Positions 9,543 to 20,713 of a stretch of 64,000 nt of DNA are shown piece after piece; position 1 is the first letter of the stretch, and every line of letters begins with the position of its first letter. This DNA is from a virus. Taxonomy: Duplodnaviria > Caudoviricetes. The translations under genes and the position numbers were made by a program. The stretch lies in the IMG/VR virus record IMGVR_UViG_3300028048_003198, positions 5,903 through 69,902 of that record; one strand, given 5' to 3'. Below the pieces are notes generated by a model, which was given only the letters and a program-made list of their open reading frames with translations, did no database searches and was not told where the DNA came from.

Positions 9543-11192
9543 ATGGAAAGAGACCCTGAAAAAATCGTTAACGAAGTAGTCCGCATCCTATCGGACGAAC
9601 AGTTAAGCAAGTCGTGGGATAGTACCAACGGCGAGATGTGCGAGGGCTTCGGTAAGTTAGGTGTTATGTCACCGCTGAACCGAATGGCTTTCGTCAAAGT
9701 GTACGGCGAAGATTACACGAGAGCGTTTGAACTGGACGCACGTGAGATCATCCGGCAAAGAGAAGAAGCGTTCGCTAATTCCGAGTATTCAAAGCATGCG
9801 AAGCAAGCAGATGCGTTCAATGGCATCCCGAAAGAGGGTGACTTTGTATGGTGCAGCAACTCCGGCATGAAACGTGATGATGGCGGTGCCATCGGAGAGA
9901 TAGAAGACCTGATCCGCTATAAAGAGTACGATGGTCGTCTATGTAAGGTAGTAAAGGTGATCAATGTTGCCGATCCGTATTTCTTGGATTCCGGAAAGGC
10001 TGATCTATTGGTACGTGAGTTCGGCCTGCAAAGTATGGGCGGCAGTTGTAGTGAAGACTTGCCCGACGACGCAGACATCTACAACCTGACGCAAGAGCAA
10101 CTGCGTACGTTCTACACGAAAGGCGTGGCGGTCGTTTGGCAAGATAGCGAATGCTTCCGTTGGTATCTGATAGATACGGAGGGCTATGATTATTCCAGAT
10201 ACATCTATATGCCTGCTGATTGGCGCGAAATGTATAAGAGCCAAGTACAGCAAATCGAGCATCGGATCGAGATGGAAGAAGCCAAGGCTAAAGAAGAAGC
10301 CGAACTCGCAAAGCAGAAACGCCTGAACGAGTATCAAGCACGCTCCGCAAAGTGGTTGCCGCTCATGGTGGATGTCAATCCGCTGTATGACGAAGAGCGC
10401 AATGCGTTTAATGAACTGCGCAAAGCCGGATATAAGAAAGGCTGTCCGGAATACGAAACGCTCAAGGCTGCGAAGCGCAAACTGCTGAACGCTCGTAAGA
10501 AAAACATCATGTCGATGGTGAAAGCTGTGTTCCCGGAAATCAAGTTTTCGCTTACTACCGAAGATGGCGGCTATGAGTTTGATCTGTATTGGAATGATGG
10601 TCCGACTCAAGAGCAGTTGAATGACGCGCTTGATCTCACACTATTCGAGCACGGAAGAGAGTGCTTCGATGGCTTCGATGATAGCACGTACTATCAGAGC
10701 AGCGAGTTTTGTGAGTTCGCAGATTTCACGATGGGTAAAGGTCACACGCGAGGAGAAGTTTGCTTGCACCGATCTACAACGCCGGAATATCGTGAGCAGA
10801 TAGAGCGTTTGCTACGCGATGCACACGGCATCACCGCTGAGAATTACGAAAGCAAGGTTGCCGAGATATGTGCACTGCCAGGCGTAGAACGATTCCACGT
10901 GTACCATTATAACACGTTCAATGATGTCGTTGAGTATGTCGCTCGCCTCTGGAATATCTACATCACAGAAGATCTTCCGGTCGAGAAGATTAAAGCCGAG
11001 CCGATCCAAGGCAAGTACGGAATTGTCGAGTATTCCGATAAGGCAATCATAGTGACTGGAGATACGAAGCCGATCCGTAAGTTATTGAGTGAACTCGGTG
11101 GGCGTTTTCATCCGAAATTGAGCGTCGGAGCCGGATGGATATTCTCGAAGAAGAAAGAGGCACAAGTTCGTAAACTGCTAAATCTTGAATAG
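9543..11192 (+). CDS. multidomain accessory protein with an LPD29-like domain
   Basis: KKNIMSMVKAVFPEIKFSL...YWNDGPT pattern; C-terminal YSDKAIIVTGDTKPI...LGGRFHPKL..GAGWIFSKK module. Confidence 0.6.
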   Translation: MERDPEKIVNEVVRILSDEQLSKSWDSTNGEMCEGFGKLGVMSPLNRMAFVKVYGEDYTRAFELDAREIIRQREEAFANSEYSKHAKQADAFNGIPKEGDFVWCSNSGMKRDDGGAIGEIEDLIRYKEYDGRLCKVVKVINVADPYFLDSGKADLLVREFGLQSMGGSCSEDLPDDADIYNLTQEQLRTFYTKGVAVVWQDSECFRWYLIDTEGYDYSRYIYMPADWREMYKSQVQQIEHRIEMEEAKAKEEAELAKQKRLNEYQARSAKWLPLMVDVNPLYDEERNAFNELRKAGYKKGCPEYETLKAAKRKLLNARKKNIMSMVKAVFPEIKFSLTTEDGGYEFDLYWNDGPTQEQLNDALDLTLFEHGRECFDGFDDSTYYQSSEFCEFADFTMGKGHTRGEVCLHRSTTPEYREQIERLLRDAHGITAENYESKVAEICALPGVERFHVYHYNTFNDVVEYVARLWNIYITEDLPVEKIKAEPIQGKYGIVEYSDKAIIVTGDTKPIRKLLSELGGRFHPKLSVGAGWIFSKKKEAQVRKLLNLE

Positions 11193-11194
11193 CC

Positions 11195-14006
11195 ATGAGT
11201 AGAAGAATCAAGAGCGATGGCATGAGTATCGAAGAGATGCGCAAGCAGTTACGTATGCACGAAGAAGCTCTTGCCGATGCCAAGGAACGACGTGCAAAGA
11301 GTACAGCATGGAAAGACTGCTGCGTTTATGACGGAGTAATCAAATACCATGAGTACCGCATCGAAGACTATCGTTCAATGATTAAAAAGGAGGAGCAACA
11401 ATGACGCGCAAGCAAATAGAAGCAGCAGCCGAAAGAGCAGGCTGGAACTGCACAATCAAGAAAGAGAAAAACGGGTACTACGTATGCTTCAATACAGACA
11501 CCCACTTTGGTCAGGACGTGTGCTATGAGTACAACGTAAGAACGCTTGACCAGATAAAAGACGAGGTGTATGGCACGTGGCAAGGTTATGATCCGGAAGA
11601 AGAAGCGATGCTCTGGGTAGGTCCGGATGGTCATGGTAGGAATGGCGCACCGGATAGCCTGCGAGATATCATCGATGATATGGATCAAGTTGAATCGCAG
11701 TTGGAAGACCTCTATACCGTCTTGAACGGAGGTAAGTTAGAGAGCGAGCGCGACGATAAGTACTACCAGAAAGCGGTTGAACTGAAAAGAGAGTGCCTAT
11801 CCGAACTGCTGTCTAACTACCATCGAGCCAAGCCGAGTAAGTTCGGTTACGATGCGAAAGGTTTTGCTAATCCGGATCGATGCAGCAAGTACGAGGAGAT
11901 CATCTATCTTTACGGCACGTGGACTCTGATTGACGGCAACAGTAATCAGTATTCGGTCGAGGTAATGCCGCTTGAGGAATTATGCGAGTTAGTCGATAAC
12001 ATCTTAAAAGAAAAGGAGTGAGCCATGAAAGAAGTAAAAGTAACGGTGAATAACTGGAAGCACAAAAGCAACGAGGACGTGCTGCGCACCCTCATCAACT
12101 GCCTCAAGTCCGTGCTTCGTAGCGATGCTGTCGAAGAAGAGCAAGCGGAGGTGTCGTTTGATGATTTCAAGAACTCAGGTGTTGAACTCAAAATTGAATG
12201 GAAATGAAAGAGAAGTATCAGAACATGGTAAACAATCTCTGGAACGAGATTCAGGCCGCGTTAGACGCGCTCTATAACGAGAAAGCACGTCCGGCAACTC
12301 CACACTATAAAGACAGTAAGGGCTATCCTATACGCGATATATGCTGCCGATTCTCGTGGATTGCAAAGATCGATGATATGTGGTGCGTAGTCGATAAGTT
12401 TGATGGCACTCAGTACAACCTGAACGTGCTCGATCTTGATTGGTTGTGTCGCTACGTGGACGAACTGCGTAGCGCAAGCACAGAGGGCGCAGAAGAATTA
12501 TGGAATGCCTGTATAGCGGAGCATCTGAACTCGCCCAAGTATTGCGACTGCGAGATCGTGCAAAAGGATGATCCGACAGAAACGATGTATGTCACAATCG
12601 CGCTATGTGAGTACGACGAATGCGAGGTAGAGGATGACAAAATCTATTTCTATGCAGGCAACGGATTTGAGTCCTTGCAGCGCCTATTCGGGCCAAGCGA
12701 GGACTTTGAGATAGTCCGGATCGACGAACTATATGTGTGAAAGGAGGTAACCATGACAAAAGTTGAATTTATTGCACGGCACGTATCGCCGGAGGGAGCC
12801 AAGTTTGATCCGTCTGCTGGCTTCCTGAAAATCACCCACGCCTGCGGCTGCATTCTAACGCAGACAGCAGGGCATCCAGATCATGCCGAATTATGCGGGC
12901 GGCACACACGAGAGTATTGCAATCTAAAAGAGGAGGAAAGCCATGAAAAAGCGACTGATTGAGGTAAAGCGGTTCCATGTGATCCGCATGAACGGCAAGC
13001 TGTGGCTGCTGAATGAAGCGCACATCGGCACTCCGTATAACAAACCGGAACGACTGCACTTCGAGTACCATCGCATCTATAGCGACGGTCGTACGAATCT
13101 GAAAGGCTACTATATAGAGGATGAGGAGTGGATTCGCAATACGATGGTTGAGGACCTTGGCGAGTTCTATGACTGGATGAAAGCAAACCATCCTGTGCGC
13201 TACAAGCGCGAGAATTGGGAAGCGTCTAAGCCGAAACCGGAAACCATCTATATTGGCGAGACAACTCCGGAAGATATTCGCGAGTTGTGTAATACGGCCG
13301 CGTGCATGTACGGACACCTGATTGAGTTCGGGGTAGAGATGACCGGGAAAGAGTTCGCTGATCGCATCCGTAGGGTGTACGACTGCACCGATCCTCATAA
13401 CGCCATCTATGCGCAAGCGGTCGAGCGCGTTGGCAGAGTTTTCCATAACTACCAAGGTATTTATATGTCGATGTCATGAGCCACTTTGTAGCAACGAGTA
13501 TCGTACTCAAGAAAAACGAGATCACGATGAAAGGCGACGACAATAATGTCGTGCCGAGAAGACGTTATACCGTCCGTATTCCTCGCACTACAGAGGAGAT
13601 GCGTACGTTTGTCAAACAAGATATCCTCGGAGGCTGTGTGAAGCCTATAGCGAGTGCAAATGACTATTTCTGGTGGTGGCTGATGCGCAGACCTACTTGG
13701 CAGCGCTATAACTACGCAACCGTAACTGACCATGAGTTGGATCGCCTGGCCGAGTATATTCAGGAAGAATGGGATAAGCGCAAGAAGCGTCGTAAGAGTG
13801 CGCTGATGATCTGCGATATCCACGGACGAGTGATAAACTACGTCAAGCGTGTGAATGGTGAATACTATCTGACTGATAAGCCTGTGATGATGTCGATGTA
13901 CCGGGCGTGCTATTTGTGCAATAAAGACGGATGGAGAATCACAGATATGCAGGGCAATAAGTTGTGCTTCGGAGAGGTACATCCTGTATCGGAAATCAAG
14001 CAATAG
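11195..14006 (+). CDS. seven small hypothetical genes of island 1 (11195-11404, 11401-12021, 12025-12207, ~12204-12740, 12753-12962, 12943-13479, 13476-14006)
   Basis: Abutting or overlapping + strand ORFs, several with GGAG-type sites. Confidence 0.65.
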
Positions 14007-14008
14007 AC

Positions 14009-14198
14009 TGACAAAAACTATGCCAAATAGAGTGTTATAACGTGCTAATTATGAGCGATTTATAAAATGGCAACGACACTTTGCAATTTACGATTTTTAA
14101 GCATTTTTATGCGAAAAAATTTGGTCAAATGAAAAAAAATGACTAACTTTACACTGTCGTTAAGATAAATAATAAACCATTAAAAATTGAGAGTTATG
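14009..14198 (+). promoter_or_regulatory. promoter cassette copy C
   Basis: Same layout; identical over AAAAAATTTGGTCAAATGAAAAAAAATGACTAACTTTACACTGTCGTTAAGA. Confidence 0.9.
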
Positions 14199-16336
14199 AC
14201 AGTATTCACGCACAACGGAAAGACGGTATTTGTAAGCCGATACGTAGGTAGCAGATCATTCAAGTTAGAGTTGGTTTACTACAATCAGGAATTAACGGAA
14301 TATCCGACAGGACTGAAAATATGTGCTTGCCGGAATGCAAGTTTTTGCTCTTCAACAAAGAGAGCCGCCAAGATGATAAATGATTTCTTGGGTGCCGAAG
14401 TAGCTGTTGCTCTCAATTCGATCTCGGTTATTAAAAAGAAGAACTTATAAATCACCGGAACTATGTTTGGAAAACGCATTTTCTCAATAGACAATAAAGA
14501 AGAGAGCAGAGACGGCCGCAATATCCGGGTTATGCTCACAATAGCGAGAGATAACGGATTGGACGGTTTCTCACTCCCTCTTGTGAACAAAGAGGAGTTG
14601 ACAGAACTCCGTGATAGGATCGACGAGTATTTGAAAACCATTAAAGAATAGAGTTATGTGTAATTTGTATTTGATCGGAGAAAACACGGAAGCCGAGTTC
14701 GCTGCTATGTTTGAGCAGGGCGGTTTTGAGCTGTTTAATCTATCGTTCAACGTAGCCATCGGCAAACGTGACGATGAGAAAGTGAAAGCGTGGACGCAGA
14801 GCGAGCAGGCCCTGAAAGAGATGTCAGAACGCTTCGGAAAGAAAGTCAAGGCTATTCAGCAGCGCCGGACGTACTATTGGCTTCCGCTGGATAGTTTCAA
14901 TCAGCCGAACGGCAACGTAGAGGAGATATCCCTGTTCCCGTCGGACTACGAGGATTTGAAGAACTGCAATATGCAGGACAGTTATCCTTATTGGTGGATT
15001 TACGATGATTACCATGCAGCGCTTGAGCGTGCGCATTCTTGATCCCTTACGACTATGGCAAAGAAGCAACCGAAACAACAGAAAGAGCACATGCAGATAG
15101 CCGTGCTGTGTTACGATTCCTCAGAGGTAGATATTATTGATGTCTGCATCGAGAATGATTACGATATCATCGAGAATTGGCTAATTGAGCATTGCCAGTA
15201 CAATCTGGATCAGATTAGCTGGATGAGTGCGTCGAGTATCAAAGTTAACAACCTAACGCCGGAGGACTTCGGCAACTAAAGAAAGGAGAAGAATATGGAA
15301 GAAAAAGTATTTGTAGTTACAAACCTGTCACCAGATCTTGGCAAGGCGATCATCGTAGGTCTCTATGATTCGTGCCGTGCTGCTATCCAAGCGGCATACG
15401 ATGAGTATTGCAACGTGTGCAAGGAGATATTTCACATGGAGCCTGCGCCGTTCAATCCGGAATCAAAGGTTTGTGTCGCGCAGAACGCAGGTGTTCGTGT
15501 GGTTGTCTCTGTAGCCGATCTCCCGATGCGTAGAACGGCAGAGTTCCCAGTAGCGTACGTAACGCGCGAGGATGTTGCTCATCGCGGTTTCTCGACAGAG
15601 GGTCTGACCGATGAGCGTATGCAGCAAGTCGCAAGCCGTATGTCGAAATACATCTCCGATGAGATGGAATACTGGTATGCGCTCGATGCTGCTTGTGAGT
15701 ATATTGGTATATCACGAAAAGACGACGATCAAGATGGCGACGAATGAGCAAAAGATGCGGATTCCGAACCGCACTCTTGAGGAGGTTCTGCAGCACTTCT
15801 TTGGATGCAAGAAGCCGTTTGCTAAAAATGGCGATTTTACGGCCCAAGGAAGCAAGGCATACGGTAAACTTGTGGAGCTGTTGTACAACGTCGGCACTCT
15901 CTCGGAAACCGACATGAATGACATAATTGAGTCGCTGGATTATATAGTAACAGAAAAGTATTAGTGAATATGGATTTCAGAGCAGATTCATCGAAACTGT
16001 TAGAGGTGAACAATCAGCAAGATAAGCAGTCGGCTTTCTTCGCTTGGTTTACCAAATGGGCCGAAACGCAGGATTATATCATATGCGTTGATAGTAATGG
16101 CGTACCTGAGTTTTTGGTTATCGACTACTGTGGCAGGACGACGTGTAAGTTTAATCAGAGAGATGGAGTTTTTTCCGTTAACCAATGCGTCTTTGACGAT
16201 TACAACCATGAGCAAGACGAATAGAAGATGCTGCGAATGCAGAAAGAGTGAGTGCTATGGATGGCACCACTGGGGATGCTCGAAGACCGGGGAACTTGTG
16301 GACGAGAATGATTGCTGCGAGGACTTCGATTCCTAA
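14196..16336 (+). CDS. eight small hypothetical genes of island 2 (14196-14450, 14463-14651, 14656-15042, 15055-15279, 15295-15747, ~15734-15964, 15964-16224, ~16208-16336)
   Basis: Tightly packed + strand ORFs downstream of cassette C. Confidence 0.6.
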
Positions 16337-16443
16337 CCTCCATCCAGATCACAAAGAAAGTGCGCTATAAGGCTACAAAATGATGCCAAAAGTGCGAAAT
16401 AATGACATGAAACCATCAAAAATGCAAAAAAGTTTGCTGAAAA

Positions 16444-16475
16444 TTTGCAGGAGTCAAAAAAAAGCAGTACCTTTG
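16444..16475 (+). promoter_or_regulatory. Bacteroidetes sigma70-type promoter driving the candidate sRNA
   Basis: TTTG 16444-16447, 20-nt spacer, TACCTTTG 16468-16475. Confidence 0.75.
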
Positions 16476-16479
16476 CACT

Positions 16480-16604
16480 CGAAATTTGATTATGGCACAT
16501 TCGTGCTAAGCGATATTCTATCGCAATCGCGTCTTCGCCGTAACTCATTTTTTAATGGTTTGGAGAGAATTTACCGCAGCGGCGGCAAAATTCTCTCTTT
16601 TTTT
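16480..16604 (+). ncRNA. candidate trans-acting antisense sRNA 1
   Basis: Own promoter, no + strand ORF beyond 5 codons, hairpin GCGAT-ATTCT-ATCGC, 23-nt segment (16539-16561) complementary to the shared leader motif, then an intrinsic terminator. Confidence 0.6.
16563..16604 (+). terminator. intrinsic terminator
   Basis: GAGAGAATTT/AAATTCTCTC 10-bp stem followed by T7. Confidence 0.85.
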
Positions 16605-16622
16605 GCACTTTTTTTGAAAAAT

Positions 16623-16655
16623 TGTTTGATATTCAAACATTTTTTTGTAACTTTG
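16623..16655 (+). promoter_or_regulatory. portal promoter with palindromic operator TGTTTGATATTCAAACA over the -33 element
   Basis: TTTG 16625-16628, 19-nt spacer, TAACTTTG 16648-16655; palindrome 16623-16639. Confidence 0.8.
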
Positions 16656-16681
16656 CAGCCGATTTATAAAAAACACGTGTT

Positions 16682-18109
16682 ATGAACCTGCGAGATATCT
16701 TTGAAAATAATCTTGAAGAGCAGAAGAAAATCGAGCTTCTCAAGAAGAAATCAGTCTTGGTCCCTGACTGGAGTAAGTTGCGCCGTAGTTATGATCCGGA
16801 GAAGCACAAGATCGTCCGTGACTATAGAGGTCGACCGAACCGAACGCTCGAAGATGGTACGATCGAGAATGCAACGCGATACCGCTTCGGCTTGGAGAAA
16901 CTGTTAGTGTCGCGTATGGCTGGATTCATGTTCACCATCCCAGTGAAGCGTGTGTACCCGGAATTGCCGAAAGAAGCAACAGAGGATCAGAGAAAACGCC
17001 GCAGTGAGATCATTCATGCTATCGAGCAGGTGTACAAACTCGCCCGCTTGGATAACGAGAATCTGAACCGCGCAAAGCAGTTCTTTGCTTCATGCGAGAT
17101 GTTCACGCTCTGGTATACGACCGGATCGCCGCACTCGAAATACGGCTTCCCGTCGCAGCACAAGTTCAAGTGCAAGACCTACTCGCCGATGGATAACAAT
17201 ACGAAGCTGTTCCCGCTGTTCGATGACACCGGAGATATGATTGCTATGTCTATCGAGTATCGGAATGTAGAGAACTCTCAATCTGTCACGTATTTCGAGA
17301 CGTACACAAAGGATAAGCACTATAAGTGGCATACGACGCAGGACGGATGGGTTGCAGAAGAGCCTAAGGATATCAGCAGCTACGGAAAGATACCGGGTGT
17401 GTATATGTACAGAACCGAGCCGCTGTTTGGCTCCGATCTGGACTACATTCGTCAGACACTTGAGTATAAGATGTCCGAGAATAGCGACACGATTTCCGAT
17501 AACGCCGCTCCGATCTTAGCCACGGCTGGTAAGATCACCGGACTTGAGAAGCGAAGCGATTCGAAGCGAGTCGTATCATGCGAGAATGGCGGTAAGGTCG
17601 AGTACGTTACATGGGATCAGGGTGTCGAATCTACCAAGTTCCACTTCGAGCAAATGCTGGATATGTATTTCATGCTTGCTCAGCTGCCGAACATATCCGC
17701 ATCGAAGATGATGAACCTGAGCAACGTCAGCTACGAGTCCCGTCAGTTGCTGTTTGCCGATGCACACATGAAAGTTGGTCAAGAGTCCGGCGATTGGTTG
17801 GAGTTCCTTGATCGCGAGTTTTCGCTGGTAAAGCAGTTCCTGAAAGAAGCGCATCAGGAATGGGCTAAAGATATCGACGCTATCGACTGCGATCACGTGA
17901 TCACGCCGTATATTCAGGATGATAAGAAAGCAAGTATCGAGACGCTGATGCGTGCTAACGGTGATAAGCCGTTGATGAGTCAGAAGACCGCTATTCAGCA
18001 CCTTGGTATGTCTGATGATGCCGATGCAGAGATCGCGCAGATACAAGCAGAGGAAGCAGCACAACCTGCGCAGAATGATGATCTGAGCAATATGTACATA
18101 GCGAAATAG
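16682..18109 (+). CDS. portal protein (SPP1 gp6-like)
   Basis: 475 aa, acidic C-terminal tail, typical position before MuF; family resemblance judged by eye. Confidence 0.8.
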   Translation: MNLRDIFENNLEEQKKIELLKKKSVLVPDWSKLRRSYDPEKHKIVRDYRGRPNRTLEDGTIENATRYRFGLEKLLVSRMAGFMFTIPVKRVYPELPKEATEDQRKRRSEIIHAIEQVYKLARLDNENLNRAKQFFASCEMFTLWYTTGSPHSKYGFPSQHKFKCKTYSPMDNNTKLFPLFDDTGDMIAMSIEYRNVENSQSVTYFETYTKDKHYKWHTTQDGWVAEEPKDISSYGKIPGVYMYRTEPLFGSDLDYIRQTLEYKMSENSDTISDNAAPILATAGKITGLEKRSDSKRVVSCENGGKVEYVTWDQGVESTKFHFEQMLDMYFMLAQLPNISASKMMNLSNVSYESRQLLFADAHMKVGQESGDWLEFLDREFSLVKQFLKEAHQEWAKDIDAIDCDHVITPYIQDDKKASIETLMRANGDKPLMSQKTAIQHLGMSDDADAEIAQIQAEEAAQPAQNDDLSNMYIAK

Positions 18110-18111
18110 TT

Positions 18112-20712
18112 ATGGCTAAGCCTCGCATACCGAACCAGAAGAAGCAGTATCGAATGCTTGATAGACGCTTGGCGGCTTATATGGCCGCCGTGCGTCGTAT
18201 TTATGCGGAACTGAGTAGCGAGGCAGCGAAGATAGTCACATCCTCCGGCTACGATGGCAAGAAGCCGTTTTCGTGGCGCGACTACCCGAATACGAAAGCA
18301 CGTATGCGTAAGTTGCAGGAACGTTTCGTGAGTCAGTTGAGCGGCCTGATCATGTCTGGCACATCTGATGAGTGGAAGCGAAGCAACCTGCAGCAGGATT
18401 TGATCGTTAACCGAGTGCTCAAGGCGTACCATACGAGCAGAGATGATGGAAAGAATGAGAAATACTATCGTAATAACGAAGAAGCACTCAAGGCATTCCA
18501 GACGCGCAAAGAGCAAGGAATGAATATCTCTAATAAGTTATGGGACCAGTCTCAAGCATATCGAGAGGAGTTGCAGGATGTGATATCGGTGGCTATTGAG
18601 CGCGGAACTGATGCTGTCACGTTGAGTAAGCAGATCAGTAAGTATCTGCGAGATTTTCCATCTATGCAACGTGACTACAAAGATAAGTACGGCCGTGCGT
18701 CAAAGGCGCAGAACTGCGAGTTCCGATCTATACGCCTGGCGCGTTCTGAAATCAATATGGCTTACCGGAGTGCCGAGCAGGAACGATGGCGCCAACTCGA
18801 TTTTGTCGTTGGCTATGAGATTAAGATGTCTGGTGCACATCCGGCACACGATGTATGTGACAGTCTCGCAGGCAAATATCCGAAAGATTTTCGGTGGGTA
18901 GGATGGCACCCGAATTGCATGTGTTACGAAATCCCGATCCTTAAAACAGAGGACGAGTTTTACGGAGAATCGAAGCAAGTTCAGCCCGAGATAAAAGGTA
19001 AGGTTGATAGCGAAAAGGTCGAAAGCAAACTTGAGGGGAAGTCGTTTATGTTTGAAACGTCGGAGGTGTTCAAATACGAACTCCATCCGGAAGACCGCGA
19101 GGCTGTAGAGAGTTTTGCAGATCGTCTCGGTAGGTTCAATCCGAAGGGCGAGGTTATGAGTTTCAGTATAGACGATGTTGTACAGACGCAACAGTATGTC
19201 GGTACAAAAAACGTGATCCAGATAGCGCAGTCTATCGAGAAAGATGGTTTGCAGGATAATCCTACTGGTATCAAGGTTGGCGATAAGGTGTTTATCGTTG
19301 ATGGTCACAACCGCATAGCCGCTATGCGCCTTGGTGGCTCGAATACGTTTGATATTCGCGTCGTAGAGGTCAGCGAGGAAGAATGGAAAGCTGCAGGCGG
19401 TCAAGTTCCGGCCGGAGGATTCGAGAGCAAGCAGCGCATAGGATCCTCATCCATAAATGAGGTGCATGATGTGCCGCAGGAGTTTAAGGACTGGTGTACC
19501 GAAAACTGGCAGCGCATCGAAAACTCGCGACATAATGATACGCTTCCGTATTTCCTGTCTGATAATAGGCAGTACGTTAAAGAACAGTTAACGATAGAGC
19601 GTGCGACCGAATTGCGCCATGCTAATCGTGATGAGAAAGCAATCCTGCACGCATGGGAGAATAGACAGGCACTAAAACAGAATTACGGTGTTTCTCTTCC
19701 GAACCTGCGTCGTAAGGCTGAGTATTGGGGAGTTGATACGTCGGCGCTTGATGAGTATGTATATTCCGGTCGTTTGCATCTTGACGAATATGGAGAGGAT
19801 GAGAGATTGGATGCGCTCATGACAAATATAGCAGCCGAAGTAAGCGTTAAGGCTGAGACTGCAAGAAGTCGCTTCGATAGAGTTCGCAAACTCAGAACCG
19901 AACTAAATGCCGCTAAGGGAGCATATCACTTTGATGATATTATTGCCGAATTGGATAAATATCTTGCAGAGCACAATCCGAGAGCAGGAGAAATGGTTTA
20001 CGGCTCAAGGTATGAAGCGACAAAGGTTGGTGATATTAGTGAGTTTATTCGTCAGCAGCAGCAACGCATTGAAAAGAGGCGCGATGTGCTTCATAGTGTC
20101 AACGAGTCTCTTATATCGTCGAAACTTGGTGTAGAGAAAATGGTTCCTATGAGTTTCGAGGAAGCAGATGAGTTGCGTGGTAATCCGATGTTCTTATCTG
20201 GACTTGACGAGTACACATGTAACTGCCAAAGTTGCGTAGTCGCTAACGAATTGAGAAGACGTGGGTATGATGTGGAGGCAAAGCCTAATTATGCTATTCC
20301 GCACAGTCCGCAATTTATTTTGTCGTTCGATACTCGAAGCATATGGGTAGACAGAAAGACTGGATTACCGCCAGTTGCAGAAAGGATATCCTTGAGGGGA
20401 ATTGATGATGTTGAACTTGCCAACGCCATCATGGATAAGATTAAAACGCAAGGTCGGTATAATCTGTCGGTCACATGGGAGAAACCGAATAAGAACGGCG
20501 AGAAGTATGGTCACGTGTTTACGATCGAGAGAAAACGTAATGGCACGATTTTTGCATATGATCCACAGACAGGCGAAATGGATAGAGTTGATTACTCGCT
20601 TCTGCTTGAATATCTGCTTCAAGTCGACAGAAGCCGCTCTGTTGTTTTGTACCGAATAGACAACTGCGATGTCAATACGCAGTATTTGGATAAAATTGTA
20701 AAGAAGAAATAA
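18112..20712 (+). CDS. MuF/SPP1 gp7-like head morphogenesis protein fused to a ParB/Srx-like domain and a papain-fold toxin domain
   Basis: RLARSEINMAY...CDSLAGKYPK.F.WVGWHPNCMC (MuF); VFIVDGHNRIAA (ParB-like); NCQSCVVANELRRRGYDVEA...GHVF (Tox-PL-like). Confidence 0.8.
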   Translation: MAKPRIPNQKKQYRMLDRRLAAYMAAVRRIYAELSSEAAKIVTSSGYDGKKPFSWRDYPNTKARMRKLQERFVSQLSGLIMSGTSDEWKRSNLQQDLIVNRVLKAYHTSRDDGKNEKYYRNNEEALKAFQTRKEQGMNISNKLWDQSQAYREELQDVISVAIERGTDAVTLSKQISKYLRDFPSMQRDYKDKYGRASKAQNCEFRSIRLARSEINMAYRSAEQERWRQLDFVVGYEIKMSGAHPAHDVCDSLAGKYPKDFRWVGWHPNCMCYEIPILKTEDEFYGESKQVQPEIKGKVDSEKVESKLEGKSFMFETSEVFKYELHPEDREAVESFADRLGRFNPKGEVMSFSIDDVVQTQQYVGTKNVIQIAQSIEKDGLQDNPTGIKVGDKVFIVDGHNRIAAMRLGGSNTFDIRVVEVSEEEWKAAGGQVPAGGFESKQRIGSSSINEVHDVPQEFKDWCTENWQRIENSRHNDTLPYFLSDNRQYVKEQLTIERATELRHANRDEKAILHAWENRQALKQNYGVSLPNLRRKAEYWGVDTSALDEYVYSGRLHLDEYGEDERLDALMTNIAAEVSVKAETARSRFDRVRKLRTELNAAKGAYHFDDIIAELDKYLAEHNPRAGEMVYGSRYEATKVGDISEFIRQQQQRIEKRRDVLHSVNESLISSKLGVEKMVPMSFEEADELRGNPMFLSGLDEYTCNCQSCVVANELRRRGYDVEAKPNYAIPHSPQFILSFDTRSIWVDRKTGLPPVAERISLRGIDDVELANAIMDKIKTQGRYNLSVTWEKPNKNGEKYGHVFTIERKRNGTIFAYDPQTGEMDRVDYSLLLEYLLQVDRSRSVVLYRIDNCDVNTQYLDKIVKKK

Positions 20713-20713
20713 T

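Noticed and set aside
16375-16390. ACAAAATGATGCCAAA resembling the 5' end of the promoter cassette
   Set aside because: The match is short and imperfect in AT-rich DNA and the rest of the cassette is absent; not counted as a sixth copy
16333-16548. Minus-strand 71-aa ORF starting right after AAACCATTAAAAA
   Set aside because: The ATG is not in the register used by the eight real leaders (the equivalent position reads ACG), it crosses a + strand promoter, and no minus-strand promoter was seen. Kept only as the alternative to the sRNA model.
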